NCBI GenBank assembly: GCA_022703705.1
Contig: JAKLDD010000002.1
Location: 4,597-68,596, forward strand
From: Nanobdellota archaeon
Lineage (GTDB): Archaea; Nanobdellota; Nanobdellia; Pacearchaeales; GW2011-AR1
Direction of reading: 5' to 3'
Length of the DNA stretch: 64,000 nt
Positions 40,169-49,189 of this stretch are shown piece after piece (the first letter of the stretch is position 1; each line of letters starts with the position of its first letter). The notes under the pieces are model-generated. The model was not told where the DNA came from and did no database searches. It saw only the letters and a program-made list of their open reading frames with translations. A program made the translations under genes and the position numbers.

Positions 40169-40789
40169 ATGATAGAGGGGTTGATTACACTTGCATCTTT
40201 TGGTTCTTTTGGGGGGGGTGCAATTGGAGAATTATTTGCTCAGTGGGAGGCACAAGGAATTTTTGAATATCTGCTTCCATTTCTTCTTATATTTGCATTA
40301 GTGTTTGGGCTTTTAATGAGGTTAAATATTTTTGCAACTAGTCATGGAAATGAAGTTAATCAAAATAAAGGTATAAATGCAATAATAGCCTTGGCTGTTT
40401 CTTTACTGGCTTTACAGTTCAATGTTGTTTCTTTATTTTTTGCAGAGATTTTTCCAAGAATGGGTATTGCTTTAGCAATAATTTTAATTCTTTTAATTTT
40501 AGGTGGCTTATTCATACCAACGAATAAAAAAAATAACTGGTTTATGGTTGTTCTTGTAATTCTTGTTTTTGGAATTGTAATAACAGTAGTATATTCTTCT
40601 ATGAATGCAATGGGCTGGGGATTTTTTAGTAGCGGAGGATTTTCTTTCTTTTGGAGACAATATGGAGCTCTAATAATCTTCCTTGCAATTGTCATTGCAG
40701 TTGTGGCAACAACAAGCATTAAACCAAATAAGGATAGGCCAGAAGTGGAAAATGTTCTTTCAAGAATTCTCGGCGGGTCTTCTTCTTAA
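40169..40789 (+). CDS. polytopic membrane protein, family member 2 of 4
   Basis: LIFALVFGLLMRLNIF...INAIIALAVSLLAL; ~6 TM. Confidence 0.6.
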   Translation: MIEGLITLASFGSFGGGAIGELFAQWEAQGIFEYLLPFLLIFALVFGLLMRLNIFATSHGNEVNQNKGINAIIALAVSLLALQFNVVSLFFAEIFPRMGIALAIILILLILGGLFIPTNKKNNWFMVVLVILVFGIVITVVYSSMNAMGWGFFSSGGFSFFWRQYGALIIFLAIVIAVVATTSIKPNKDRPEVENVLSRILGGSSS

Positions 40790-40812
40790 TTACTTTTTTA
40801 ATTTTTAAAAAA

Positions 40813-41514
40813 TTATTTTGAAGCACGTCTTTTCTTTGAATTTGCTTCGTGCAATCTTGGAACTATTTTTTCAAAAGAATCTTGCATCATTTCCATTTCA
40901 CTTTTTATTGATTCCAAATTTTTTCCATATGAACCTATTTTTTCAAGAATAGCTATCTGTAATTTGTCAATTATTATCTCTATTCTTTTTATTCTTTCAT
41001 GATTATTGCTTATTTTTGTTTCAGCAAGAGTTGCAAATTCATTTAAAGCTTCAATTTGCTTTTGCTCTTTTTTAATTTTCTCAGAAAAAACTTGCTCTGC
41101 AATTTCTATAAATGTGTCAGAATTATATCCTGTTTCTTGAGATTCTACATATCCTTCTTGGGGGTAATATTCTTCGCTAGAATTCTGTGGAGAATATTCC
41201 TCGCTAGGGTATTCCTCGTATGCGGGTGGATTTTCTATTATTGGGGCAGAATATACTTCTTCTGGAGAATTTACCATCTCTTTACTTTTTGGAGTATAAA
41301 AACTTTGGAAGGTTTCTTCATTTTTTTTATTTGGCAATGGTGAAGGAACGTCCATCTCTTCATTTTCAGGGACAATAGCATTTTTTATACTTAGTCTATT
41401 AAAAGCATCATCAATTGTTTTTGGAGTAAGTCCTTTTTCTTGCAGAACTCCCGAAATTTCCCTGTCTCCCATTCCCTGATTACGCATATTTATTATCTCC
41501 TCTAAAATCCTCAT
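40813..41514 (-). CDS. HTH-like N-domain / acidic Tyr-Pro-Glu linker / coiled-coil protein (233 aa)
   Basis: N-terminus MRNQGMGDREISGVLQEKGLTPKTIDDAFNRL, linker EEYPSEEYSPQNSSEEYYPQEGY, C-terminal coiled coil. Confidence 0.6.
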   Translation of the reverse strand: MRILEEIINMRNQGMGDREISGVLQEKGLTPKTIDDAFNRLSIKNAIVPENEEMDVPSPLPNKKNEETFQSFYTPKSKEMVNSPEEVYSAPIIENPPAYEEYPSEEYSPQNSSEEYYPQEGYVESQETGYNSDTFIEIAEQVFSEKIKKEQKQIEALNEFATLAETKISNNHERIKRIEIIIDKLQIAILEKIGSYGKNLESIKSEMEMMQDSFEKIVPRLHEANSKKRRASK

Positions 41515-41540
41515 GGTTATTATATGTTTTTATTTGTTTT

Positions 41541-41900
41541 TTAATTTTTCTGCCCCTTTGAAAATCTTATATTTTCTAAATCTTTTCTTGTTAAGAAGTC
41601 CAATGGTTGGAACATTTTTGCTTGCTTTGAAAGAATTTCCAAATCTTCTTTTCTGGCAAATTTTGAAACTTCCCCAGAAATACTTTCCAGAAAGCTTTTC
41701 ATTCTTTCCAAATCCCTTTTTATTATTTCTATTTCTTTTTTTATTTCCAAAAATGATTGGGAGAATTCTTCTTTAAACTCAATCATATTCTGCCCAATTA
41801 AAAGAACTCTATCTTTGAGGATTCTTTGTTTTTCTTCTAAATCCCTAACCTTTGTGCTTGTTTCAGTAAAAAAAGAATTTTCATACTCTTGCCCTTCCAT
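41541..41900 (-). CDS. coiled-coil protein (119 aa)
   Basis: Start at MEGQEYE (ATG 41900), ~25 nt downstream of a TATA-like ttttatattt on the minus strand. Divergent from the pilus ATPase gene. Confidence 0.55.
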   Translation of the reverse strand: MEGQEYENSFFTETSTKVRDLEEKQRILKDRVLLIGQNMIEFKEEFSQSFLEIKKEIEIIKRDLERMKSFLESISGEVSKFARKEDLEILSKQAKMFQPLDFLTRKDLENIRFSKGQKN

Positions 41901-41977
41901 AATATATAAATATAAAAAGAGTTTAAATTTGTTTGGATTATACAAAATAATTTAAAGTCCAAATGGTTTTTTTCTGA

Positions 41978-44266
41978 ATGGAATTTGAAAGTGAAGAGGG
42001 GATTTATTCTTATGAAATAAAAAGAGAAGGTGGAGAAGATATAATCTACATTAATTATATTGGGGCGCCTTATGTTCCAAGCATTTCAGAGTATCCAGAA
42101 GTTATGGAAAGAACAATTGACGTTTTAATAGAAAATCCAAATGTTTCTAGAATTGTTTTTGTTCAGCAAAAAAATTACAATTATGATTTTAATGAAACAA
42201 GTTATCTTTTAGAAATTGCCCAGTTGTATGTTTCTTTATTAAAGCAGGAAAAAATTCTTTCCCAAGAAAAACTTGTAACAATAAAACCCGAGTTTTTTTC
42301 TAAAAGATATAATCAAATATTTTCTTTTTTATATCTCCTTAAAAAAGATCCTCTTGCAGCATATTCTCAACTCAAAAAAATAATTATTGAAGAAAAAATC
42401 CTTTTAGAAAAAATTGAAGATTCTATTAAACCAGATCAAAAAAACTATCTTTCTCTTCTTGAAAAAATTTCTAATCTTGTTGTTAAAACAAAAATTTTCC
42501 AAGAGGCAGCACCATATCTTGAGAATTATCATAAGGGGGAGAGAGAAATTTATTTTAAAATTTTTAAACCAGATGTTATTGCAAATTTTACTTTTACTAG
42601 AATGGTTTCTGATTTGCCTTCAGATGCAGAGATTATAGATCAGTATGAAATTTCAAATGGGGAATATGACAAATCCCTAGTAACTATTTTGAAGAGAAAA
42701 GATGAATCAAAACTTCTGTATCACTTGGTTCCTCCAGAAAATGTTTTAAGTGAAGACCATAATATTTTGCTTAATTTAGCAAGAAGTGTTTTAATTGAAC
42801 ATCAGCCAAAAGCAGAAGAGTTTACAGACACAGAGAGAATTAGGCAAGTTTTTTTGAATATCTCTAAAGATTTACTTAGGGATTTAGCTCAAAGCAAGGG
42901 AATTAAATTGGATTATTCTTCATTAAATATGCTTTCTTCCATATTAGTTCGACATACAATTGGTTTTGGAATTATAGAAATTCTCCTACAAGATAAAAAG
43001 CTTCAAGATATTTTTTTAAACTCCCCTATTCCCCAGACGAATATATTTGTTATTCACCAAGAATATGATGAATGTTTTACAAATATTCTTCCAAGCCAGG
43101 AAGATGCAGATTCTTGGGCTGCAAAATTTAGGATGCTTTCGGGAAGGCCCCTGGATGAATCCAATCCCATTTTAGATACTCAACTTGAAGTCGGAAATCT
43201 TCGTTCAAGAATTTCAGTAATTCAGCAACCCCTTTCTTCTGATGGATTAGCATATGCTATTAGAAGACATAGAGAAAATCCATGGACTCTTCCACTTTTT
43301 ATTCAAAATAAGATGATAAATCCCTTTGCAGCAGGATTAATGAGTTTTTTAATTGATGGTTCAAGAACTCTTTTAGTTGCAGGAACAAGAAGCTCAGGTA
43401 AAACTTCTTTACTTGGAAGTTTAATGCTAGAAATTGTTCCCAAGCATAGGATTATAATAATAGAAGATTCTCTTGAACTCCCTGCCGAATCTCTTAGAAA
43501 ATTAAATTATAATGTGCTCAGAATGAAAGTTCGTTCTGCATTGCTTAAAACAACCACAGAAGTTTCTGCTGATGATGGTATAAGAACAAGTTTAAGATTA
43601 GGGGATAGTTGTTTAATTATTGGAGAAGTTAGAAGTGTTGAGGCAAAAGCTCTTTATGAAGCAATGAGAGTTGGGGCTTTAGCTAATGTTGTTGCAGGAA
43701 CAATACATGGGGCTTCTCCTTATGGGGTTTTTGACAGAGTTGTAAATGATTTAGAAGTTCCAGCGACCAGTTTTAAGGCAACAGATTCTATTATAATCTG
43801 CAATCCAATAAAATCTCCGGATGGATTACATTCTTGGAAAAGAATGCTTCAGCTTACAGAAATTAGAAAACATTGGAAAAAAGATCCTATGCTTGAAAAT
43901 GGATTTGTAGATTTGCTTAAGTATAATGTAGAAAAAGATGAACTTGAACCAACAGAAGATTTAATCAATGGAGATAGTGAAATAATCAAGGATGTGGCTG
44001 CAAATGTAAGGGGGTGGGCAGGAAATTGGGATGCAGTTTATGATAATATTTTGCTTAGAGCCAAAATAAAAAAAGAACTTTTTGAAACAGCTAAAAAAAT
44101 AGGAGATTTTAATATTTTGGAATCAAAATTTAATACGCTTTCTAATCATACTTTTCATAGAATCTCTGATGAAATAACCCAAGAAGTGGGATTGCCTTCT
44201 AGTGAAAGAGTATTTCCAGTTTGGCAGGAATGGTTAAATAAAGAGATTAAAAAAAGAAAAATTTAG
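41978..44266 (+). CDS. type II/IV secretion-family ATPase (FlaI/PilB/GspE-like) with ~400-aa N-terminal extension (762 aa)
   Basis: Walker A LVAGTRSSGKTSLLGS, Walker B/Asp box RIIIIEDSLELP, IIGEVRSVEAKALYEAM, His box AGTIHGAS. Confidence 0.88.
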   Translation: MEFESEEGIYSYEIKREGGEDIIYINYIGAPYVPSISEYPEVMERTIDVLIENPNVSRIVFVQQKNYNYDFNETSYLLEIAQLYVSLLKQEKILSQEKLVTIKPEFFSKRYNQIFSFLYLLKKDPLAAYSQLKKIIIEEKILLEKIEDSIKPDQKNYLSLLEKISNLVVKTKIFQEAAPYLENYHKGEREIYFKIFKPDVIANFTFTRMVSDLPSDAEIIDQYEISNGEYDKSLVTILKRKDESKLLYHLVPPENVLSEDHNILLNLARSVLIEHQPKAEEFTDTERIRQVFLNISKDLLRDLAQSKGIKLDYSSLNMLSSILVRHTIGFGIIEILLQDKKLQDIFLNSPIPQTNIFVIHQEYDECFTNILPSQEDADSWAAKFRMLSGRPLDESNPILDTQLEVGNLRSRISVIQQPLSSDGLAYAIRRHRENPWTLPLFIQNKMINPFAAGLMSFLIDGSRTLLVAGTRSSGKTSLLGSLMLEIVPKHRIIIIEDSLELPAESLRKLNYNVLRMKVRSALLKTTTEVSADDGIRTSLRLGDSCLIIGEVRSVEAKALYEAMRVGALANVVAGTIHGASPYGVFDRVVNDLEVPATSFKATDSIIICNPIKSPDGLHSWKRMLQLTEIRKHWKKDPMLENGFVDLLKYNVEKDELEPTEDLINGDSEIIKDVAANVRGWAGNWDAVYDNILLRAKIKKELFETAKKIGDFNILESKFNTLSNHTFHRISDEITQEVGLPSSERVFPVWQEWLNKEIKKRKI

Positions 44267-44280
44267 ATTTTTTGAAATTT

Positions 44281-44540
44281 ATAATTCTCCAAAGATTTAT
44301 TAATTATGGGGTTCTTTTAAGAAAAGAACCTACAATGGTAGAAAATGGGTTTCTTTTTAGAAAAAAGAAACTACAATAGTAGAAAAACTAAAATAGAAAA
44401 GAACTTACAATGATAGAAAACGGGGATTTAGAAAATCCTACGATGGCAAAAGAAAAAAACTACAAAACTAAAAATCTACAAGGGTAGAAAAAACTAAAAT
44501 AGAAAAGAACTTACAATGATAGAAAATAAAGAGGAGAAAA
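44281..44540. repeat. intergenic repeat/hairpin array: six CTACAATGGTAG-like motif sites (four as full ~24-nt units AAAAGAAMYTACAATRRTAGAAAA, two divergent) and three short perfect hairpins
   Basis: Hairpins at 44310-44330, 44349-44371 and 44424-44438, each with a 3-nt loop. A ~42-nt direct repeat occurs at 44379-44420 and 44484-44525. Read directly from the sequence. Confidence 0.8.
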
Positions 44541-46745
44541 ATGTCTGATTATACAAAACCCAGTGTTGATGAAATTCTTAGAAAATATGGAAAAAAGATA
44601 GAAGGTCAAATTAAAACTACTGAATTTGGAAAAATTAATGACAGCAAATCTTATTTGAAGTTTAAAGAAGAACGTTCTAGAAATTTAATAAATTATGAAC
44701 GATGGTGCAAAACCCTCGGCAACATAATAAAACTTAAGGCTTCTAAAAAAGATGAAGAAAATATAAACAAATACATAAAAATTGCTCATTTGGATATTGA
44801 ACCCGGTCAAGCAATAACTTTAAGTGTTATGTCTTTTATTTCAGTTTTCTTTTTAGGGCTGATAATTTCAATAGCAATTTCTCTTATAAATTCTGGCGAG
44901 ACAGGAGGATTTGGCTCTTTTCCAGTTTTATTTTTCTTTTTAACAACAATTCTTTCTTTTTTTCTTTTTTATTATATTAATGGTTATCCTGAAAGATTAG
45001 CAAACAAATGGAGATTGAAAGCTTCAAGTCAGATGGTGCCTGCAATTTTGTATGTTGTTATTTACATGAGGCATACTTCTAATCTTGAAAAGGCAATTGA
45101 ATTTGCTTCTGAACATTTGCAATATCCTCTTGCATTGGATTTTAAAAAAATATTTTATGATGTTGCAATTGGAAAATTTTCAACAATTAAAGAAAGCTTA
45201 GACAATTATCTTGAAAATTGGAAAGATTATTCAATTGAATTTATAGAATCCTTTCATCTTATTGAAAGCAGTTTATTTGAGCCAAGTAAATCCAGAAGAA
45301 TTGCAAGTCTGGAAAAATCTTTACAAATTATTCTTGATGGAGTTTATGAAAAAATGCTTAAATTTACCCACGATGTTAAAGCTCCACTTACAAATATTTA
45401 CATGCTTGTAATTATGCTCCCAATACTGGGAATTGCATTAATCCCTCTTGCATCTGCTATGCTTCAAGGAATGATAAAATGGACACATATTTTTATTCTT
45501 TATAATTTGATTCTTCCTTTTCTTGCATTTTTTATGATGGACAAAATTCTTCTTTTAAGACCAGGAGGATATGGGGAAACATCTTTCCTTGAAAAAAATC
45601 CGCTTTATCCTCAGTATAAATCCAAAAAACCCTATCTTTGGGCATTTTTTATTTGCTTTCCTTTATTAATAATTGGATTAATTCCTTTAATCTTTCAATT
45701 TACTCCTATTCCTGGAATTTTAGGTGTTCCTTCTGATCCCACTTTTGGAGATTTAGGATTATCAAATCTTGGAATAGATTTTTTGGATGCACTTTCAAAT
45801 ATTAAAATTTTTGATTTTACAAAAATAGATTCTAAAATTGTTGGACCATTTGGACCTATGGCATTATTTTTAAGTTTATTTTTTCCTCTGGGAATTGCAT
45901 TGTTTTTTTCTATTGGAGCAAAAGATAGAACAATTAATTTAATAGAAGAGAGAAAAAAAACAAAACAATTGGAATTGGAATTTAACAGTTCCTTATTTCA
46001 ATTAGGAAATCGTTTGGGCAACAATGTTCCTTCTGAACTTGTTTTTGGTAAAATTGCAGAATCTTCAAAGGGATTAGCATCTGGAGATTTTTTTAAGAGA
46101 GTAAATTATAATATTCAACAGATGGGTATGAGTGTTGAAAAAGCAATTTTTGATTCAAGACGAGGAATTCTTCTTTATTATCCTTCAGATTTGATTTCAA
46201 CAAGCATGAGGGTTTTAATTGAATCTTCTAAAAAAGGATTAAAAATTGCAGCAGTTAGTTTAATGAGCATTTCAGAATATGTCAAGAATATTGAAAAAAT
46301 AACTTCAAGATTAAAAGATATGTTAGCAGAAGTAATTTCTGAAATGAAAAGCAATATGACTTTTCTTGCACCATTGCTTTCCGGAATTGTTGTTTCTCTT
46401 GCATTAATGATTACTTCTATTTTAAGTTATTTAAGTTTTGAAGGAATCGGTGGAATTGATTTTGGTGGAATTGATGCAGATATGATAAATGGGTTATTTG
46501 ATAAACTTTCTATGATTCCCCCATATTATCTTCAGATTATAATTGGAGTATATTTAATACAAATTATTTTTATTTTAACAGGAACTTTGGTTACAATAGA
46601 TTCTGGAGAAGATGGGCTGGAAAAAACAAGTAGAATCGGGCAAAATCTTAAGAAAGGAATCACATTTTATTTTATAACTGCACTTATTGCTTCTTTAGCT
46701 TTGTTTGTATTAACAACAGTAGTTTTAGGAAGCTTGGGCACTTAA
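44541..46745 (+). CDS. PilC/FlaJ/TadC-like polytopic platform protein (734 aa)
   Basis: Position after the ATPase. Two cytoplasmic helical modules resemble T2SSF repeats (AIEFASEHLQYPLALDFKKIFYDVAIGKFSTIKESL and LGNNVPSELVFGKIAESSKGLASGDFFKRVNYNIQQMGMSVEKAI), each followed by TM clusters. Confidence 0.6.
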   Translation: MSDYTKPSVDEILRKYGKKIEGQIKTTEFGKINDSKSYLKFKEERSRNLINYERWCKTLGNIIKLKASKKDEENINKYIKIAHLDIEPGQAITLSVMSFISVFFLGLIISIAISLINSGETGGFGSFPVLFFFLTTILSFFLFYYINGYPERLANKWRLKASSQMVPAILYVVIYMRHTSNLEKAIEFASEHLQYPLALDFKKIFYDVAIGKFSTIKESLDNYLENWKDYSIEFIESFHLIESSLFEPSKSRRIASLEKSLQIILDGVYEKMLKFTHDVKAPLTNIYMLVIMLPILGIALIPLASAMLQGMIKWTHIFILYNLILPFLAFFMMDKILLLRPGGYGETSFLEKNPLYPQYKSKKPYLWAFFICFPLLIIGLIPLIFQFTPIPGILGVPSDPTFGDLGLSNLGIDFLDALSNIKIFDFTKIDSKIVGPFGPMALFLSLFFPLGIALFFSIGAKDRTINLIEERKKTKQLELEFNSSLFQLGNRLGNNVPSELVFGKIAESSKGLASGDFFKRVNYNIQQMGMSVEKAIFDSRRGILLYYPSDLISTSMRVLIESSKKGLKIAAVSLMSISEYVKNIEKITSRLKDMLAEVISEMKSNMTFLAPLLSGIVVSLALMITSILSYLSFEGIGGIDFGGIDADMINGLFDKLSMIPPYYLQIIIGVYLIQIIFILTGTLVTIDSGEDGLEKTSRIGQNLKKGITFYFITALIASLALFVLTTVVLGSLGT

Positions 46746-46784
46746 TTTAGTAAATTTTATTAAGGGAGATTTATATATTAAAAT

Positions 46785-46943
46785 ATGAAAAATATGAGAA
46801 AAAAAGGGGTTATAATGGATTATCTTCCTTGGATAATTCTTGCTGTTTTGGTTTTAGTAATTTTATTCATATCAATTTTTGTAATTAAAGATACTGGGAT
46901 AGGTTTTTTGGATAAAATAAAATCTCTATTTAGGGAGAATTAA
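46785..46943 (+). CDS. micro-protein (52 aa) with possible class III signal peptide (RKKG|VIMDYLPWIILAVLVLVILFI)
   Basis: Hand-translated. The stop overlaps the next ATG (TAATG). Confidence 0.4.
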   Translation: MKNMRKKGVIMDYLPWIILAVLVLVILFISIFVIKDTGIGFLDKIKSLFREN

Positions 46944-47107
46944 TGGAAATAACAATTGGAAATATAATAAAGATAATTTTAGCAGTTTTAGTTGTAGTGG
47001 CTGTCGCATATGGATTGTATCGTTTTTTTAGTAATTCAGTTATAAGTCATTTTAAAAATATTGGAATTGGAAATACTTCCATTGAACTCTGGATGAGTTT
47101 GTTATAA
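46943..47107 (+). CDS. micro-protein (54 aa), single TM
   Basis: MEITIGNIIKIILAVLVVVAVAYGLYRFF..; tightly packed between neighbouring genes. Confidence 0.35.
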   Translation: MEITIGNIIKIILAVLVVVAVAYGLYRFFSNSVISHFKNIGIGNTSIELWMSLL

Positions 47108-47108
47108 G

Positions 47109-47567
47109 ATGAATAAAAAAGGTTTTTTGCTTGCAGAAGAAACTTTGAAAGTTTTAATTGCTGCAATTTGCATTGTTTTTTTGATTTTCTTGATAATTAC
47201 AGTTTATAATTTTATTACTGGGGAAAAGAAAACTAAACAAGCAGAAGAAAATCTGAATAGAATCGATGAGATTATTGCTTCTCTTGAAAATGAAGAAAGT
47301 GAAAATCAAGATGTTTCAAATCCAGAAGGGTGGCACTTAATGAGTTTTGTTAATGAAGAAACTCCAAAATCATGTGCAGGCATTAATTGTTTATGCATTT
47401 GTAGTAAAGCAGTTATTAAATCGCAGGTTGAAAAATGTGATAAAAAAGGAAGTTGCATAATTTTCCCAAATTTGGCGGGTGGAAAAGTTAACATAAAAAT
47501 TAAACAGCCTACAGTTTTGACTATTCTGAAGCATGAAGGAAATATTTTCATAGGAGAAGCTTTCTAA
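47109..47567 (+). CDS. pilin-like protein with class III signal peptide (MNKKG|FLLAEETLKVLIAAICIVFL), Cys-rich
   Basis: K/R-G cleavage motif, Glu at +5, hydrophobic helix, and 7 Cys in the C-terminal domain. Confidence 0.7.
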   Translation: MNKKGFLLAEETLKVLIAAICIVFLIFLIITVYNFITGEKKTKQAEENLNRIDEIIASLENEESENQDVSNPEGWHLMSFVNEETPKSCAGINCLCICSKAVIKSQVEKCDKKGSCIIFPNLAGGKVNIKIKQPTVLTILKHEGNIFIGEAF

Positions 47568-47568
47568 A

Positions 47569-47670
47569 ATGAATTTAGATGAATTTTTAAAATACGCTGT
47601 TTGGATTGTTTTTTTTGGAATTGCTTTAGTTGGAATTTATTTTTTATTGAGGAGGTTGGGAATTGTTTAA
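47569..47670 (+). CDS. micro-protein (33 aa), single TM
   Basis: MNLDEFLKYAVWIVFFGIALVGIYFLLRRLGIV*. It contains the GGAGG SD for the next gene. Confidence 0.3.
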   Translation: MNLDEFLKYAVWIVFFGIALVGIYFLLRRLGIV

Positions 47671-47671
47671 T

Positions 47672-48682
47672 ATGAGAAAATTATTTAATAGAAAAAAAAA
47701 TAAAAAAGGAGAACTGACAACAGAACAGATTGTTGGTTTAACAATCCTTATAGCTAGTTTTGTTATTTTAATTATATACATAGCATACATGCAGTTTAAT
47801 AAACAAACGAATGATGAAGCTTGCCGTGCTTCTGTTGTTTTAAGGGGGGGAATTGGAGAAACAACTCCTTTAAGTTGTCAGAGAGAGTTTGTTTGTATTA
47901 CTCAAGATGGAAGCTGTGAGGGAATGTCTAAACCTGAGATAAAAAAAGTTAAAACAGAGTATGAAGTTTATGATGTTTTGGCTGAAGAAATGAGAGATTG
48001 CTGGTTGATGTTTGGAGAAGGAAATATTAATTATGTTAAAGATAGATTGACAAGACAAAATTTATGCTCAATTTGCGACCAGATTTTTTTTGATAATAGT
48101 GTTAAAAATGTTAAAGGTTTTTCCGGAACATCTGAAATTTATCCTTTTGCTAATGGAAAAATAAACAAAGATGAATTTTATAAATATCTTTCAGCAAATA
48201 AAATGCCTGATAGTGATAAAGATTTGACTTATTCCCAATATATTTTTAATGTAGATAATTTTGATGATTTAAAAAGCGGGCTTTCAAGTAATGCAGGAAA
48301 ACAAGTTACATTTGGAACAATTGAAATTGAAAAAAATTATCTTATTGTTATGGGTATTACAACTGAAGTTAATGATATCACTTGGGCATTGGGGGGAGCA
48401 GTTATTGTTGGAGCAGGAGTGCTTACAGCAGGATTTATTTATGTTCCTCTTTCAGTTTTAGCTATCCCTGGCGTGGTTTTTTCAGGAGTTCTTGTGGGAG
48501 AAGCTGCAGGGGGTGCAATTGGGTTGGGGGCAAAAGAGATTTCTGAATTATTTTCCCCCGAGATAAATGCAATATTAGTGGAAGGTGGTGAAGTTGAAAA
48601 TAAATTCATGGCCCCTACAATAGTAGAAGCAGATTCAAATAAATTTAAGTTTCTTGAATGCAAAGAAATTATTTCTGGTTAA
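47672..48682 (+). CDS. pilin-like N-terminus (KKNKKG|ELTTEQIVGLTILIASFVILII) + Cys-rich domain + C-terminal Gly-rich TM pair (336 aa)
   Basis: ATG at 47672 follows a GGAGG; the track start at 47663 is TTG. C-terminus WALGGAVIVGAGVLTAGFIYVPLSVLAIPGVVFSGVLVGEAAGGAIGLGA. Confidence 0.65.
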   Translation: MRKLFNRKKNKKGELTTEQIVGLTILIASFVILIIYIAYMQFNKQTNDEACRASVVLRGGIGETTPLSCQREFVCITQDGSCEGMSKPEIKKVKTEYEVYDVLAEEMRDCWLMFGEGNINYVKDRLTRQNLCSICDQIFFDNSVKNVKGFSGTSEIYPFANGKINKDEFYKYLSANKMPDSDKDLTYSQYIFNVDNFDDLKSGLSSNAGKQVTFGTIEIEKNYLIVMGITTEVNDITWALGGAVIVGAGVLTAGFIYVPLSVLAIPGVVFSGVLVGEAAGGAIGLGAKEISELFSPEINAILVEGGEVENKFMAPTIVEADSNKFKFLECKEIISG

Positions 48683-48731
48683 ATTATTCTTTAAAAGATA
48701 ATTTTATTAACAATCTTTCTTTCTTGTTATT

Positions 48732-49181
48732 ATGAAAAAAAAACAAAAAAAGAGGAATTTTTTTAATTTCAATTTTTTTAAAAAAAATAGAAAGGGGACA
48801 TTATTGATTGAGAATGTTATTTATATTATTTTAAATGGGGTGTTTCTTTTTGCTCTTGCTTTATTTTTAATTAAGCAAGGTTCTGGCGCAATTGTTTTAG
48901 AGCAAGCATATTCAAAAGAAATTGCTTTAATTGTTGATTCTGCACAACCATTAATGTTAATAAAAATAGATCTGGATAAAGGAAAAAAAATTGCAGAAGA
49001 AAATGGGATTAATTTTAAAGAAATTGTAAAAATAGATGAAAATATTGTTAGTGTAAAATTAAGTAACAATGGCGGATATAGTTATTCTTTTTTTAATGAC
49101 ATGGATGTTAAGGCATATCCTGAAGTAAATGAACAAAATGAATATACTGGAATGTATATTATTACTATAAACGAAAAATAA
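48732..49181 (+). CDS. pilin-like protein (NRKG|TLLIENVIYIILNGVFLFALALFLI)
   Basis: Class III signal pattern with Glu at +5. Confidence 0.65.
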   Translation: MKKKQKKRNFFNFNFFKKNRKGTLLIENVIYIILNGVFLFALALFLIKQGSGAIVLEQAYSKEIALIVDSAQPLMLIKIDLDKGKKIAEENGINFKEIVKIDENIVSVKLSNNGGYSYSFFNDMDVKAYPEVNEQNEYTGMYIITINEK

Positions 49182-49189
49182 TAATTAAA

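Noticed and set aside
44281-44540. Possible CRISPR array between the pilus ATPase and platform genes
   Set aside because: The units are irregular in length and spacing. The would-be spacers are themselves repeated, the array has only ~6 short units, and no cas genes are nearby.
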